Notes: generated from the letters alone by a model not told the origin. A stretch of DNA of 64,000 nucleotides from an uncultured Bacteroidales bacterium (GCA_964614525.1 CAZTPA010000007.1:3709-67708); one strand, 5' to 3'. Numbered from the stretch's first letter, positions 8,276-18,831 are shown. Numbers and translations: made by a program.

Positions 8276-9472
8276 ATGAGCTTAAAAGATAAAATAAATG
8301 CTGTTGTATCAGAAGTATTTGATGAAATTGTTTCAATAAGACGGCATCTTCATGCAAATCCTGAGTTATCAATGTATGAGCTTGAAACTGCGGAATTTAT
8401 ATCTAAAAAACTCGAAGAATATGGCATTACCTATGAAAAAGGAATTGCAAAAACCGGTATTGTAGGCCTTATTAAAGGACGGAATCCTGATAAGAAAATA
8501 GTAGCATTACGCGCTGATATGGATGCATTGCCAATTCAGGAGACAAACAAGATTGAATATTCCAGTAAAAATCCCGGTGTGATGCATGCTTGTGGACATG
8601 ATGTGCATATGGCTTGTTTAATAGGAACAGCAAAAGTTTTGCAAAGCATGAAAAATGATATTGAAGGAAGTGTAAAGCTTATATTTCAACCATCCGAAGA
8701 AACTTATCCTGGTGGTGCAATAATGATGATAAATGATGGTGTGCTGGAAAATCCCGCTCCGGAAGTAATTTTTGGGCAACATGTATTTCCCGGTTTAGAC
8801 GCAGGACAGGTAGGTGTGAAATCCGGCAAATATATGGCAAGCACTGATGAGGTTTACCTCACTGTTAAAGGGAAGGGCGGGCATGCCGCAACTCCGCACC
8901 TAAATATAGATCCGGTGCTTATAGCTTCTCATGTTGTAGTTGCACTGCAACAGATTGTTAGCAGATTTTCTAAACCCTATATGCCAAGCGTTTTGTCTTT
9001 TGGAAAAATTATTGGAGAAGGCAGAAATAATATTATTCCTGATGAAGTTAAGCTGGATGGAACTTTCCGGACTTTTAACGAAGAATGGAGATTAGAGGCT
9101 CATGAGAAAATTTCCGAGATTGCAAAAGGAGTAGCACAAAGCATGGGTGGAGACTGTGATGTGAGAATAGAAAAAGGATATCCATTCCTGGTAAATGATA
9201 TAAATGTTGTTGATGATTTTACAGGCTTTGCTGTGGAGTTCCTGGGAGAAGAAAATGTTAAAGAGCTTGATCTTGCTATGACTGCCGAAGATTTTGCATA
9301 TTTTTCACATGCAATTCCTTCGTGTTTCTACAGATTAGGCATTAGAAACGAAAGCAAAAATATTATATCTAACCTGCATACCTCAACTTTTAATGTTGAC
9401 GAGAGTTCGCTTAAAACAGGGGTTGGTTTAATGTCTTATATTACCCTTAAATATTTAGAAAAACAGCAATAA
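8276..9472 (+). CDS. M20D family amidohydrolase (N-acyl-amino-acid amidohydrolase / hippurate hydrolase-like)
   Basis: Metal-binding segments MHACGHDVH and FQPSEE, plus GKGGHAATPH. 398 aa. Confidence 0.8.
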   Translation: MSLKDKINAVVSEVFDEIVSIRRHLHANPELSMYELETAEFISKKLEEYGITYEKGIAKTGIVGLIKGRNPDKKIVALRADMDALPIQETNKIEYSSKNPGVMHACGHDVHMACLIGTAKVLQSMKNDIEGSVKLIFQPSEETYPGGAIMMINDGVLENPAPEVIFGQHVFPGLDAGQVGVKSGKYMASTDEVYLTVKGKGGHAATPHLNIDPVLIASHVVVALQQIVSRFSKPYMPSVLSFGKIIGEGRNNIIPDEVKLDGTFRTFNEEWRLEAHEKISEIAKGVAQSMGGDCDVRIEKGYPFLVNDINVVDDFTGFAVEFLGEENVKELDLAMTAEDFAYFSHAIPSCFYRLGIRNESKNIISNLHTSTFNVDESSLKTGVGLMSYITLKYLEKQQ

Positions 9473-9492
9473 TCTTTCTAAAATTATTGCTG
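9464..9492. terminator. Stem-loop between convergent genes (candidate terminator)
   Basis: cagcaataat-ctttctaaa-attattgctg is a perfect 10-bp stem overlapping the M20 stop codon. There is no strong T tract. Confidence 0.4.
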
Positions 9493-9527
9493 TATATAGA
9501 AATGCTTAATTAATAAAGGAATTCTTA

Positions 9528-11600
9528 TCAGGGCTTCTTAAAGTTTTCTAAACCTTTATCAAGAAAATCAACATACTCTTCAATGTCAGTATTGTATCCT
9601 CTGGGAGGAGCTAAAAGCTTTTCATCATGATCTAGAATAACATAAAACGGCTGTGTATTTGTTCCGTACTTTTCTGCCTGAAAAAGGCTCCACTTCTGTC
9701 CTACACGGCTGATCTTACTTTCTCTGCCCATAGCTGTTGAAACAAATTGTTCGTCTTCAGGAAGAGTAGTTCTGTCATCTACGAAAAGGCTGATTTTTAC
9801 AAAGTTGTTTTTAAGTCTTTTAATAACGCGGGGATCTGACCATACTGCCGCTTCCATTTTCCGACAATTAGAACATCCTAAACCGGTAAAATCTAAAAAA
9901 ACAGCTTTGCCTGCTTTGCGTGCCGCCTCAAGACCTTCTTCATAATCAGTAAATGCCATAAGTCCGTGAGGGCCTTCCTTTACACTTTCTCCAACATAAA
10001 CAGAATTTTCTGCCGGAGTTTGTATGCTCGCAACGCCTTTTGAAATATCAAAAGTTTGTGTTGTCATTGATGGTAAAAATGAACTAACAGTTTTTAGTGG
10101 TGCTCCCCAAAGGCCCGGAAGTAAATAAAACACAAAAGCAAAACTGGCAATTGCTAAAAACAATCTTGGAACACTTATATAATTTATATCCGAATCATGG
10201 GCAAATTTGATTTTTCCCAGAAGATAAAGGCCAAGCATCAAGAAAATAGCCATCCACAAAACAATAAAAAGTTCTCTGCTTATTATTCCCCATTGAGCAA
10301 CAGAGTCAGCAGTTGCAAGAAACTTCAATGCAAAAGCAAGGACAATAAAGCCTAAAACAACTTTTATAGCGTTCATCCATCCTCCTGATTTTGGTAATGA
10401 TTTTAATGCAGTTGGAAATACTGCAAAAAGTGTAAAAGGAATAGCAAGTGCGAGACTAAAGCCAAGCATGCCCATTGCCGGAGAGAAAATACTGCCACCT
10501 GTAGCAGCTTCAACCAACAAGGTTCCTACAATTGGGCCTGTGCAGGAAAAAGATACCAGCACAAAAACAATTCCCATCAAAAACACTCCTATTATACCTC
10601 CTGTTTTATCTGCTTTGGTATCCAGCTTATTTGACCAGCTTGAAGGCATTTGTAACTCAAATGCTCCAAAGAATGAGGCTGCAAAGAATACCAGCAGCAA
10701 AAAGAAGAAAATATTGAATCCCGGACTTGTTGCCAGTGAATTTAGAGTATCAGCACCAAAAATCATTGAGATTGCCATTCCCAATACTACATAACTAAAT
10801 ACAATGCTGAAGCCATATAATAATGCATCTCTTATTGCTTTTCTCCTGTTTCCTGCATTTCGCAAGAAATAGCTAACGGTAAGTGGTATCATCGGGAAAA
10901 CACATGGAGTGAGCAATGCCAGCAATCCTCCCAAAAATCCTTTTATTAAATTCCACAGTAATGAGCTTTCTTCTTCTTTTATTTCATATTTACCTTCTTC
11001 TTCGCTAATTTCTTTTGCTTCTGTATCAATGAGTGAATCACTTATTATTTCTTTTTCTGTCTCTTTGTCAATCTCAACAACAGCTTCTTGTTCTTCTGTT
11101 ACCAACTCAGCAGTTTTATCTTTTTCAACTTGTTTGCCGGGCAGCTTAAATTCAAAATCTATATAATCAGGAGGCAAACACTGAGTGTCATCACAACTCA
11201 TATATACAAGCTCACCGGTGATTGTAACCGGATTTTGTGATTTTACTTCAACAATTTGTTTGAAGATAAGCTGACCTTTACCCATTGTTAATTCCATCTC
11301 AAAATTAGGGTCATATTTTGTTGAAAGTTCGGGAGAAATAATCTCGCCAATAAATTCAACACCTTCTGTCTCATCGAATTCAATAGTGGTAGGAACGGGC
11401 CCTCCCGAAGGAATATCAGAACCATAAATTGACCAGCCTTCATCAATTAACGCCTTAAATTGCAGCTCATATTGATTATCACCTTTTTCAATATGTGAAA
11501 AGCTCCATTTTACAGGCTGAAATACCTGCGCATTTAAAGTAAAATAGGTGTTTGTTATAAAAAACAAAAACACTAACAAAAAGATGTTCTTTACTCTCAT
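9528..11600 (-). CDS. dsbD: Protein-disulfide reductase DsbD family (N-terminal periplasmic domain, DsbD transmembrane core, C-terminal thioredoxin domain)
   Basis: 690 aa. Signal peptide, TM core with LTPCVFPMIPL and SFSCTGPIVG, and a C-terminal thioredoxin motif GLGCSNCR. Confidence 0.85.
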   Translation of the reverse strand: MRVKNIFLLVFLFFITNTYFTLNAQVFQPVKWSFSHIEKGDNQYELQFKALIDEGWSIYGSDIPSGGPVPTTIEFDETEGVEFIGEIISPELSTKYDPNFEMELTMGKGQLIFKQIVEVKSQNPVTITGELVYMSCDDTQCLPPDYIDFEFKLPGKQVEKDKTAELVTEEQEAVVEIDKETEKEIISDSLIDTEAKEISEEEGKYEIKEEESSLLWNLIKGFLGGLLALLTPCVFPMIPLTVSYFLRNAGNRRKAIRDALLYGFSIVFSYVVLGMAISMIFGADTLNSLATSPGFNIFFFLLLVFFAASFFGAFELQMPSSWSNKLDTKADKTGGIIGVFLMGIVFVLVSFSCTGPIVGTLLVEAATGGSIFSPAMGMLGFSLALAIPFTLFAVFPTALKSLPKSGGWMNAIKVVLGFIVLAFALKFLATADSVAQWGIISRELFIVLWMAIFLMLGLYLLGKIKFAHDSDINYISVPRLFLAIASFAFVFYLLPGLWGAPLKTVSSFLPSMTTQTFDISKGVASIQTPAENSVYVGESVKEGPHGLMAFTDYEEGLEAARKAGKAVFLDFTGLGCSNCRKMEAAVWSDPRVIKRLKNNFVKISLFVDDRTTLPEDEQFVSTAMGRESKISRVGQKWSLFQAEKYGTNTQPFYVILDHDEKLLAPPRGYNTDIEEYVDFLDKGLENFKKP

Positions 11601-11724
11601 AATAAGTTGTTTTGTATATTTCGTGTTGTATAATATTTAGATACCTGTTCAATATTTATAATAACAGGAATAACTGAAACTTGTTTAAACGATTAAAATA
11701 ATTTGGCAAAGTTATTAGATAGTT

Positions 11725-13059
11725 TTATTCATTAAAGACTTTGGCAAGAAAAATGTTTCGGGTTGAAGGACTTATAGCGTAACGATTATCAGGCCTGTGA
11801 TTCACAACCCAGATTATATCATCTCCGGAAAGTAAAACCAAAACATCTTCTTTGTTGTGAAGAGGTGTTTTTATATCAATTAAATAATCACTTATTTTTT
11901 TATTGCCAATCATGCCATACGGACAAAAAGAATCTCCCTCTTTCCATTTACGCAATTTTAAAGGAAATTTTAATTTGTCATAGTCAAGGGCAGCAAAATT
12001 TTTTTCTTTGGGTATAACAAAATCGGAAGTATTTTTTATTAGTTCTGTATGCAAACACAAATTGTCAGCTAATTTATATGTTACATTTATGTCAACGTCA
12101 ACTACCTCAGCTTCAGTTTCGTTTTTTTTTGGAGTGATAATATAATGGGTTCTGTCACGTATAAGAATAAAATTGTCTGATTCAAAATATTTTCCGGGCT
12201 GCGTTTTGCTCGTGCTTTTTATATCATGAGTTTGCGAAGCTGAAAACCCAAATTCTTTTAAAAGATGATAAAGAACAGTTTCTCTTACAGGAAATTTGTT
12301 GACTTTTTCAATAGGAATATGATATTCCGAGCCTTTTTCAACTAGCAAGCCTTCTTTGTTAAGTATGTATATAATGAGCTGTTCTGTCTGCTTTGCTATA
12401 TCTGAAAGGTTTGCGAAGTTTTTGATAATTTCCGGATTAATTTCTCTCAAAACAGGAATTACATTATGACGTATTTTATTACGTGTATATTCTGTTTTAA
12501 CATTAGAGCTGTCTTCTCTGTATTCAAGATTATATTCTTTAACAAAGGCTTCTATCTCTTTTCTTTGAAAACAAAGCAAAGGCCTGATAATAAAGTTATT
12601 AACAACCGGGATTCCTTTAATTCCTGCAAAACCCGAACCCCTTGTGATGTTAAAAAGCATAGTTTCAGCATTATCATCAAGGTGATGTGCTGTTGCAATC
12701 ACATTAAGATTGTGCTTTTGGCGGATTTCTTCAAGCCATTCATAACGAAGATCTCTTGCTGCTGTTTGTATTGAAATTCCTTTGTCTTTAGAATATTCGG
12801 CGGTGTTAAATTTTTTGCTAAAAAAGGAAACATTATATTTTGCAGCTAATTGCTTGCAAAAAAGTTCGTCTTTTTCACTTTCTTCTCCTCGCAAACTATA
12901 GTTGCAATGTGCAATATCAAATTCTAATTCAGCTAAATGTAAAAAGTGCGTCAATGCAACTGAATCTATTCCACCGCTCAAAGAGAGTAGTATTTTGTCT
13001 TCTCTGTTAAGTACTCTGTTGTTGTCAACAAACTCAAGAAATCTAAAAAGCCAGTTCAT
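11725..13059 (-). CDS. tilS: tRNA(Ile)-lysidine synthetase
   Basis: PP-loop SLSGGIDSVAL, followed by the TilS substrate and C-terminal domains. The start is set at ATG 13059 (MNWLFRF), 10 nt after the upstream stop. Confidence 0.85.
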   Translation of the reverse strand: MNWLFRFLEFVDNNRVLNREDKILLSLSGGIDSVALTHFLHLAELEFDIAHCNYSLRGEESEKDELFCKQLAAKYNVSFFSKKFNTAEYSKDKGISIQTAARDLRYEWLEEIRQKHNLNVIATAHHLDDNAETMLFNITRGSGFAGIKGIPVVNNFIIRPLLCFQRKEIEAFVKEYNLEYREDSSNVKTEYTRNKIRHNVIPVLREINPEIIKNFANLSDIAKQTEQLIIYILNKEGLLVEKGSEYHIPIEKVNKFPVRETVLYHLLKEFGFSASQTHDIKSTSKTQPGKYFESDNFILIRDRTHYIITPKKNETEAEVVDVDINVTYKLADNLCLHTELIKNTSDFVIPKEKNFAALDYDKLKFPLKLRKWKEGDSFCPYGMIGNKKISDYLIDIKTPLHNKEDVLVLLSGDDIIWVVNHRPDNRYAISPSTRNIFLAKVFNE

Positions 13060-13069
13060 GATTTGTGTT

Positions 13070-15421
13070 TTAGAAGTGAAGTCTAATGCCAGGTCCAAAT
13101 ATAGCAAAAAAATCATTTTCTTTTAACAAATAACCGACTCCAAAATAAATTGGCACGCTAAATTTAGCATTTCCTCTGATAGGCTCAATAACTGCGATAC
13201 TTACTATTCCAATATCTCTTTTTATGTTTTCACTTTCACCAAAGTTAAAAGCATTTAATGCAATAAACCCGACACCGAATTTATATGGTTTTTTGGCACC
13301 TATGCGATTTGGGTCGTAAAAGCTTATTTCTGCCAAAACAGAAGTGCTTATTCCCGATAAATTACCTATGCCACTTTCACTGAATTCTTTTACTAATAAA
13401 CCGGCAGGAAAAGATACCATTATATCAAAACCTATTTTTCGCTCAACGAAAATGCTTGCTTTTTGAGTTTTTCCTCCCTTGCTATAATGATTTTCGTTAT
13501 GCTTAATTGTAATAATTATTTGAGAAAAGGCATCAAGATTGTAAGTCTTTCGTAATAAGTGATCATTTATCCTGATGCTTTGCTGTTTGCAATCCGAATC
13601 CCCGTAAAATGCATGTCGTGGCGAACTCTCACCGGGACAAACAACGATGTTCGATATGGTTTGCAAATCCAGTAATTTGTTCTTATCATCAAGTATTCTT
13701 ATTTCTATAGTTAAATACTGTTTCCCATAAAGCTTATTTTTATAATCTATCTTATCAGAATTGAAAACAATATTTATATCTTTAATAGTTTTGTCATAGA
13801 AAACAGCCTGATTAAAATGTTTATTTGTAATTGCATAGTTTCGGGTTCCATAATTAATTTCAACAAATTCCAGATCAGCAGGCCTTTTATATTCTCTTAC
13901 CATTAGCTCATGGCTCGTAATGTTCTTGTTTAAAAATACCATGATTTTTTTCCTTGGAATATCAATGGGAATACTTACATCATAAAAAATCACTTTGTCA
14001 CTGACTCTGACACTGTCCTTGTTTTGATTACAGCCATCAAACGTAATTTCAGCATCATAAAGTCCATTGCCTTCAATTTTAACTTCAATCTTTTCTCCCG
14101 GATAAACATTTAAGCTTGATGTCCAATCACCACCTTCTCTTAGTATTTCTATTTTGCTTATTTCCGGCTTGTTAACAATGTTAAAGTTTGTCATAAACAT
14201 TGTTCTGGATCCATCTTTTATGTATAAATATCCATCTTTTATTCTATGCAGATCATAAGTCTTAATGTCTGCCAAAACCTTATTGTCTGAAGTTATTGAT
14301 TTAATGAAAATCTCTGCAATTAAAGTTCCTCCCGGTTCTTGTTTGTCTTCAATTCGGTAGTTCTTTTTAAGCTCAAAATTTGAATGATAGTCTATTCTGA
14401 TTTCTTCACTTTGTCTTCTGTCTTGCTCAAAGAAAACATATTCCTTGTCTGTATTGACAAATACTAAACGGCTTGGTTTAACATTAAATTCAAAATTTAT
14501 TGTTTGTAATGTCTGAGTTACTTCTCCTTCTTCATTTATAATAGGATTATTTGTTTTTAACTCAAGAGGAAGCTTCAATTTGCCTGTTTTATCAGCCCTG
14601 ACCGATAAACGCAAATTTCTGCCATCCCGGATTAAACGATACTCAATGCTGTTAGATCTTTTCCAGTCAGCACTTATCTTAATGTTAAATAAGTTTTCTC
14701 CACCTATTACAATGCTTTTTTCTTCTCCCCTGAATAATTCAGCAGATGAATCATCATACGTAAATTTGGGAGTAAAATATGGCATTAATTTAATTTCTTT
14801 ATTAATAAAACCTGCCTCATTATCTGAGTAATTAAAAATTAATGACGGATATTTTGCTTCAATAAGATTGTTAAATCTGATGCGCCCTGTGTAATATTCA
14901 TTATCAATAAAAACAAGACTGTCAAGAATTTTATATTCATCTAATTCTAATAATTTAAAATTCTTTATCGGGCTGCCTTTGCTTTTAGGATAAACTTTAA
15001 TCTGTGCAACAGCTTGGGGTGAGTCAGCTGTAAAAAACAAATAGGTTTCACCTTCGAACTGTAAATTATCTTTTAAATAGTAATACTCATTATTGTCAAT
15101 TTTAATTACAACATCAGATATGCTGTTAGTTTTTGTTTCATTTTCAGGCAAAATAGCTTGCTCTGATTTTTTTTCAAAGGTTTGCTTACTGTTCAGGCTG
15201 TCTTTTATTTCCAAACTGTCTTTTGTGGTTTCTGTCTGATTCTCTGATTTTGAGTGTACAATAGATTTGTTGTTGGATATTGTGTCATTTTTTTTATAAC
15301 TCCTGTCCAATACTTTATAAATTCCGGCAGACAAAGTGTTTGGTGAAGTATTAAAAAAGAAGAAAAACACCAAAAACAATAATAATGTAATCTTAGATAT
15401 AAGTTTTTTATGTGTAGTCAT
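13070..15421 (-). CDS. Hypothetical secreted / outer-membrane protein, 783 aa, with a C-terminal beta-barrel-like region
   Basis: N-terminal signal-like segment ITLLLFLVFFFFF. Long K/N/E/I-rich middle. The last ~130 aa show alternating hydrophobic/polar runs and end in ...FGPGIRLHF, an aromatic terminal residue as in OM barrels. I recognised no family. Confidence 0.5.
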   Translation of the reverse strand: MTTHKKLISKITLLLFLVFFFFFNTSPNTLSAGIYKVLDRSYKKNDTISNNKSIVHSKSENQTETTKDSLEIKDSLNSKQTFEKKSEQAILPENETKTNSISDVVIKIDNNEYYYLKDNLQFEGETYLFFTADSPQAVAQIKVYPKSKGSPIKNFKLLELDEYKILDSLVFIDNEYYTGRIRFNNLIEAKYPSLIFNYSDNEAGFINKEIKLMPYFTPKFTYDDSSAELFRGEEKSIVIGGENLFNIKISADWKRSNSIEYRLIRDGRNLRLSVRADKTGKLKLPLELKTNNPIINEEGEVTQTLQTINFEFNVKPSRLVFVNTDKEYVFFEQDRRQSEEIRIDYHSNFELKKNYRIEDKQEPGGTLIAEIFIKSITSDNKVLADIKTYDLHRIKDGYLYIKDGSRTMFMTNFNIVNKPEISKIEILREGGDWTSSLNVYPGEKIEVKIEGNGLYDAEITFDGCNQNKDSVRVSDKVIFYDVSIPIDIPRKKIMVFLNKNITSHELMVREYKRPADLEFVEINYGTRNYAITNKHFNQAVFYDKTIKDINIVFNSDKIDYKNKLYGKQYLTIEIRILDDKNKLLDLQTISNIVVCPGESSPRHAFYGDSDCKQQSIRINDHLLRKTYNLDAFSQIIITIKHNENHYSKGGKTQKASIFVERKIGFDIMVSFPAGLLVKEFSESGIGNLSGISTSVLAEISFYDPNRIGAKKPYKFGVGFIALNAFNFGESENIKRDIGIVSIAVIEPIRGNAKFSVPIYFGVGYLLKENDFFAIFGPGIRLHF

Positions 15422-15734
15422 AATGGTTTTATATTCAATTTATTTCAAAATATATACAGCTGCAAAATTACAAAAAAGAAGAAGATAAGCTTTGGATACA
15501 AAGCTATTACAGTGAGTTTTGCAATAAAAAATGTTAAAAAAGAACATCTCTTTTTTACTTATGGATATGTATTTATTAATGAATTTTTTAAAAAATATTG
15601 CATCTAATAATAATTTTTTTTTTAATCGCTGTAACTTTTGAAATATGAAGACGTCTTATGCATAGAAAATGATTAAAAAAGAAAATCAGAATATAAACAA
15701 ATAAAAAAACACAATAAATTTAAAATAACAAGTC

Positions 15735-16079
15735 ATGAAAAAATTATTATTAACTCTCGGAACATTGGTTTTAGTTTTAACTTCAGCACAGAGCCAGGCA
15801 AAAATTACAAAATTATTCTTCCCTTTAAAAAGTGGTGAAATTTTGGAATATGTATTAAATCAAGAAGAAGAACTTGATGAAACACTTCCGGCAAATAGTG
15901 AGGAGATATTTATAGAAGCACAAGAAGACAAGCTTATTGGTTTTGATGGTGAAGTTTTTGATCTTTCAATTATAAGCACTCCGGAAAAAGAACTTGATGA
16001 GGAATATGATTTTACTGTTGAAATACCTGAGGAAGAGCAGGAAGTTGTTGAACAGAAAGTGCAAATATCAGCAAAGTAG
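15735..16079 (+). CDS. Small secreted acidic protein, hypothetical
   Basis: Signal peptide MKKLLLTLGTLVLVLTSAQS, then a very E/D-rich sequence. A terminator follows. Confidence 0.5.
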   Translation: MKKLLLTLGTLVLVLTSAQSQAKITKLFFPLKSGEILEYVLNQEEELDETLPANSEEIFIEAQEDKLIGFDGEVFDLSIISTPEKELDEEYDFTVEIPEEEQEVVEQKVQISAK

Positions 16080-16130
16080 CTTATAGTATAAAAAATTTGG
16101 TTTGGGTTGATGTTGATTCTTTATGTTGTT

Positions 16131-16166
16131 AAACCGTCTGAAGGGAGCTTTAGGCGGTTTTTTTAT
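16131..16166 (+). terminator. Rho-independent terminator
   Basis: aaaccgtct-gaagggagcttt-aggcggttt, followed by tttttatttg. Confidence 0.6.
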
Positions 16167-16303
16167 TTGTTGTATATAAGCCATAGAACATTCGTTACAA
16201 ATCAAAAGAATTAAAATGCTTATATTTGTGCTGTATGCTTAGCACAATGAATTTTTATTAAAACACTAAGTAATGAATTTGATGTTTTAAAAATACTATA
16301 AAA

Positions 16304-16801
16304 ATGAAGAAGAATAGTTTGTGTATTGAATTTTTTGAAATAGATAGTATTGATGAACTGTCTGTTCAGGAAAGAGAATTGATAGAGGCTTCTAAGCAAA
16401 TGACTTATCATTCTTACGCACCATATTCGGAGTTCTATGTTGGAACAGCGGTTTTGCTTGAAAATGGCGTGATTGTTAAAGGCAGTAATCAGGAAAATGC
16501 GGCCTATCCCAGTGGCATTTGTGCTGAAAGAGTTGCTGTTTTTTCAGCATCATCGCAATATCCTGATGTAACGATTAAAACAATCGCCGTTGCTGCCCGA
16601 AATCCACGACAAGCAATGGATTATCCCATTTCTCCCTGTGGGTCGTGCAGGCAGGTGCTCTTAGAGTTTGAAATGAAACAAAAAAAGCCTATTAGAATAT
16701 TGCTTACAGGTGAGTCGGGAAAAATCTTTATTATCGAAAAAGCTTCTGATTTAACACCCCTGTCTTTTACAGCAGACGACTTGAAAAGACTGCTTTCTTA
16801 A
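16304..16801 (+). CDS. cdd: Cytidine deaminase
   Basis: Zinc-binding motifs CAERVA and PCGSCRQVL. 165 aa. Confidence 0.9.
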   Translation: MKKNSLCIEFFEIDSIDELSVQERELIEASKQMTYHSYAPYSEFYVGTAVLLENGVIVKGSNQENAAYPSGICAERVAVFSASSQYPDVTIKTIAVAARNPRQAMDYPISPCGSCRQVLLEFEMKQKKPIRILLTGESGKIFIIEKASDLTPLSFTADDLKRLLS

Positions 16802-16816
16802 TTAAAAAAACGCTTT

Positions 16817-17692
16817 ATGTTAAAGAAACTGATAATTCTAGCATTCTCACTATTTGTGTTTGTTAATACTATTGCATTTGGACAACAGAAGCATGCTTAT
16901 AAGATTTTTGATACAAAAGGAATAGAAGTGAGTTATTTCGATATGCTTGAAAAAGCTGCTGTTTCTGATATGGTTTTTTTCGGAGAATTGCACAACAATC
17001 CTATTGCGCACTGGTTGCAAATTGAACTTACCAGGGATTTATTTGATGCCAAAGCCGAAAAATTAATACTCGGAGCTGAAATGTTTGAAAGTGATGACCA
17101 ATTAATTCTTAATGAATATCTTAATGGATTGATATCTGAAAGAAATTTCAAAGCAGAAACTAAAATATGGAGTAACTATGACACTGATTACAGTCCATTG
17201 GTCATTTTTGCAAAAGAAAATAATCTGCGTTTTGTTGCCACAAATATCCCGAGACGATATGCTTCTATGGTTCATAAAGGCGGGTTTGATGCCCTGGAAA
17301 ATATTAGTGATGAAGCAAAAGAATTATTTGCAGAACTGCCGATACCATATGATCCTGAATTGCCCGGATATAAAGCTATGCTGGAAATGAAAGGCATGCA
17401 GTCGCATGGAAATCCAAACTTACCTAAAGCCCAAGCCATGAAAGACGCCACTATGACGCATTTTATTCTTAAAAATTATAAAACCGATGATCTGTTTCTT
17501 CATTTTAACGGAGCTTATCATACTAATAATTTTGAAGGAATTATCTGGTATCTTTTACAAGCAGGTAAAGAGGATGGATTTATTACTATTTCATTAGTAG
17601 AACAGGAAAATCTCGATAATCTTGAAGAAAATAATTTTGGACTGGCAAGCTTTATTATTGTTGTTCCTCCCACAATGACAAAAACACACTAA
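16817..17692 (+). CDS. ChaN-family (Cofac_haem_bdg / Tiki superfamily) protein
   Basis: Signal peptide, then VFFGELHNNPIAHWLQIEL, which is typical of the ChaN-like GExH motif. Confidence 0.6.
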   Translation: MLKKLIILAFSLFVFVNTIAFGQQKHAYKIFDTKGIEVSYFDMLEKAAVSDMVFFGELHNNPIAHWLQIELTRDLFDAKAEKLILGAEMFESDDQLILNEYLNGLISERNFKAETKIWSNYDTDYSPLVIFAKENNLRFVATNIPRRYASMVHKGGFDALENISDEAKELFAELPIPYDPELPGYKAMLEMKGMQSHGNPNLPKAQAMKDATMTHFILKNYKTDDLFLHFNGAYHTNNFEGIIWYLLQAGKEDGFITISLVEQENLDNLEENNFGLASFIIVVPPTMTKTH

Positions 17693-18831
17693 TCAAAGTT
17701 TTTAAGCAAATCGCTTACTGCATTATCAAGCAAAGAAGAATCATTGTCAAAAGAAGGTATTCCTTTGCATTTTTTTGCTGAATCTAATTGAGGTGGAAGA
17801 TTAAGTCTTTTTTGCTCTGTGCAAAAACTCATATTTGATGCATGCAGCCTTTTTCCCAAATATTCCTGTTCTGTTTGTCCCGGTGTGGGAATTAACAAAG
17901 CTTTTTTATTAAAGCATGATAAGTCCATTATTGTTGAATAACCTGATCTGCAAATAATAATTTCTGAATTTTCAATAAGATATGCCATCTTTCTATCTGG
18001 CAAATGATTAAATCTTGCTCTGTTTGAAGAAAAGCACTCTTGTGTTGATCCAGGCTTGCCTTTTAAAATAACTGCAGAATAATTTGTATTATTTAGTTCT
18101 TTTTCAATCTTTTCTTCAAGAAGACTTCTTTGAGGCTCCGGCCCAGATAGTAAAACCAATATGAAATCTTCCGGGAAATCACTATATAAAGGATTGTCTT
18201 CTTTGCTGATTTTTAAAGATGAGAACCTTGATAATGCTCCAATAAAACGAATTCCTTTAATTTTCTTTTTATGCGAAAGACTGCCGGAAAGATTTTTGTC
18301 TCCCGGATAGTCGGGAATCCAACATTCATCAAAACGAGAAAAGAAAAACTTGTTAAAATAGTAAAGCAAAGTTTCAGTCCATTTAAAATATTTCGGAGCT
18401 TTTATAAATATCTGGTGAGTAATGAATATGCTTTTTATTTTGGAATTCCATAATCCAAACCTATTGTCAGAGATAACAATATCTGCCTTTGTTTCAGAAA
18501 TGATTTTTTTTAATTGCCTGTGTTCTTTCCAAATTGCATAAAAAAGGGAGGGTGTCTGTGTTATTAATTTTATAAAAAAACTACCCCTTTTTTGATATTT
18601 GACTTTTTTAAAAGGGAATACTATATAGCGAATATCTTCATCTGAAAACTCTTTCTTTAAAAACTCCAAAGGAAAATTATCTGCAGCTATAATAAGTCTG
18701 CATTTTTTTTTAATTAATAATCTAATCACGGGAACACATCTTGCAGCATGCCCAAGGCCCCAGTCTAAAGGGCATACAAGCACCACAGGATTTGCTGTTT
18801 TTTTATCGGACATCATTATTATTGTATACAA
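17689..18831 (-). CDS. Glycosyltransferase, GT-B fold (GT1/GT28, MurG-like)
   Basis: N-terminal CPLDWGLGHAARCVPVIRLL and a C-terminal nucleotide-sugar binding region (RSGYSTIMDL, PTPGQTEQEY). The exact start is uncertain (several Met near the N-terminus). Confidence 0.65.
   Translation of the reverse strand: MYTIIMMSDKKTANPVVLVCPLDWGLGHAARCVPVIRLLIKKKCRLIIAADNFPLEFLKKEFSDEDIRYIVFPFKKVKYQKRGSFFIKLITQTPSLFYAIWKEHRQLKKIISETKADIVISDNRFGLWNSKIKSIFITHQIFIKAPKYFKWTETLLYYFNKFFFSRFDECWIPDYPGDKNLSGSLSHKKKIKGIRFIGALSRFSSLKISKEDNPLYSDFPEDFILVLLSGPEPQRSLLEEKIEKELNNTNYSAVILKGKPGSTQECFSSNRARFNHLPDRKMAYLIENSEIIICRSGYSTIMDLSCFNKKALLIPTPGQTEQEYLGKRLHASNMSFCTEQKRLNLPPQLDSAKKCKGIPSFDNDSSLLDNAVSDLLKNFD

Noticed and set aside
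10468-11166. Plus-strand ORFs (108, 61 and 85 aa) inside dsbD
   Set aside because: They are antisense shadow ORFs within a strongly supported 690-aa gene. The translations are Ser/Pro/Lys-rich and low-complexity.
12466-13126. Plus-strand ORFs (102 and 74 aa) inside tilS
   Set aside because: They are antisense to tilS. The 74-aa ORF starts at TTG and has no support.
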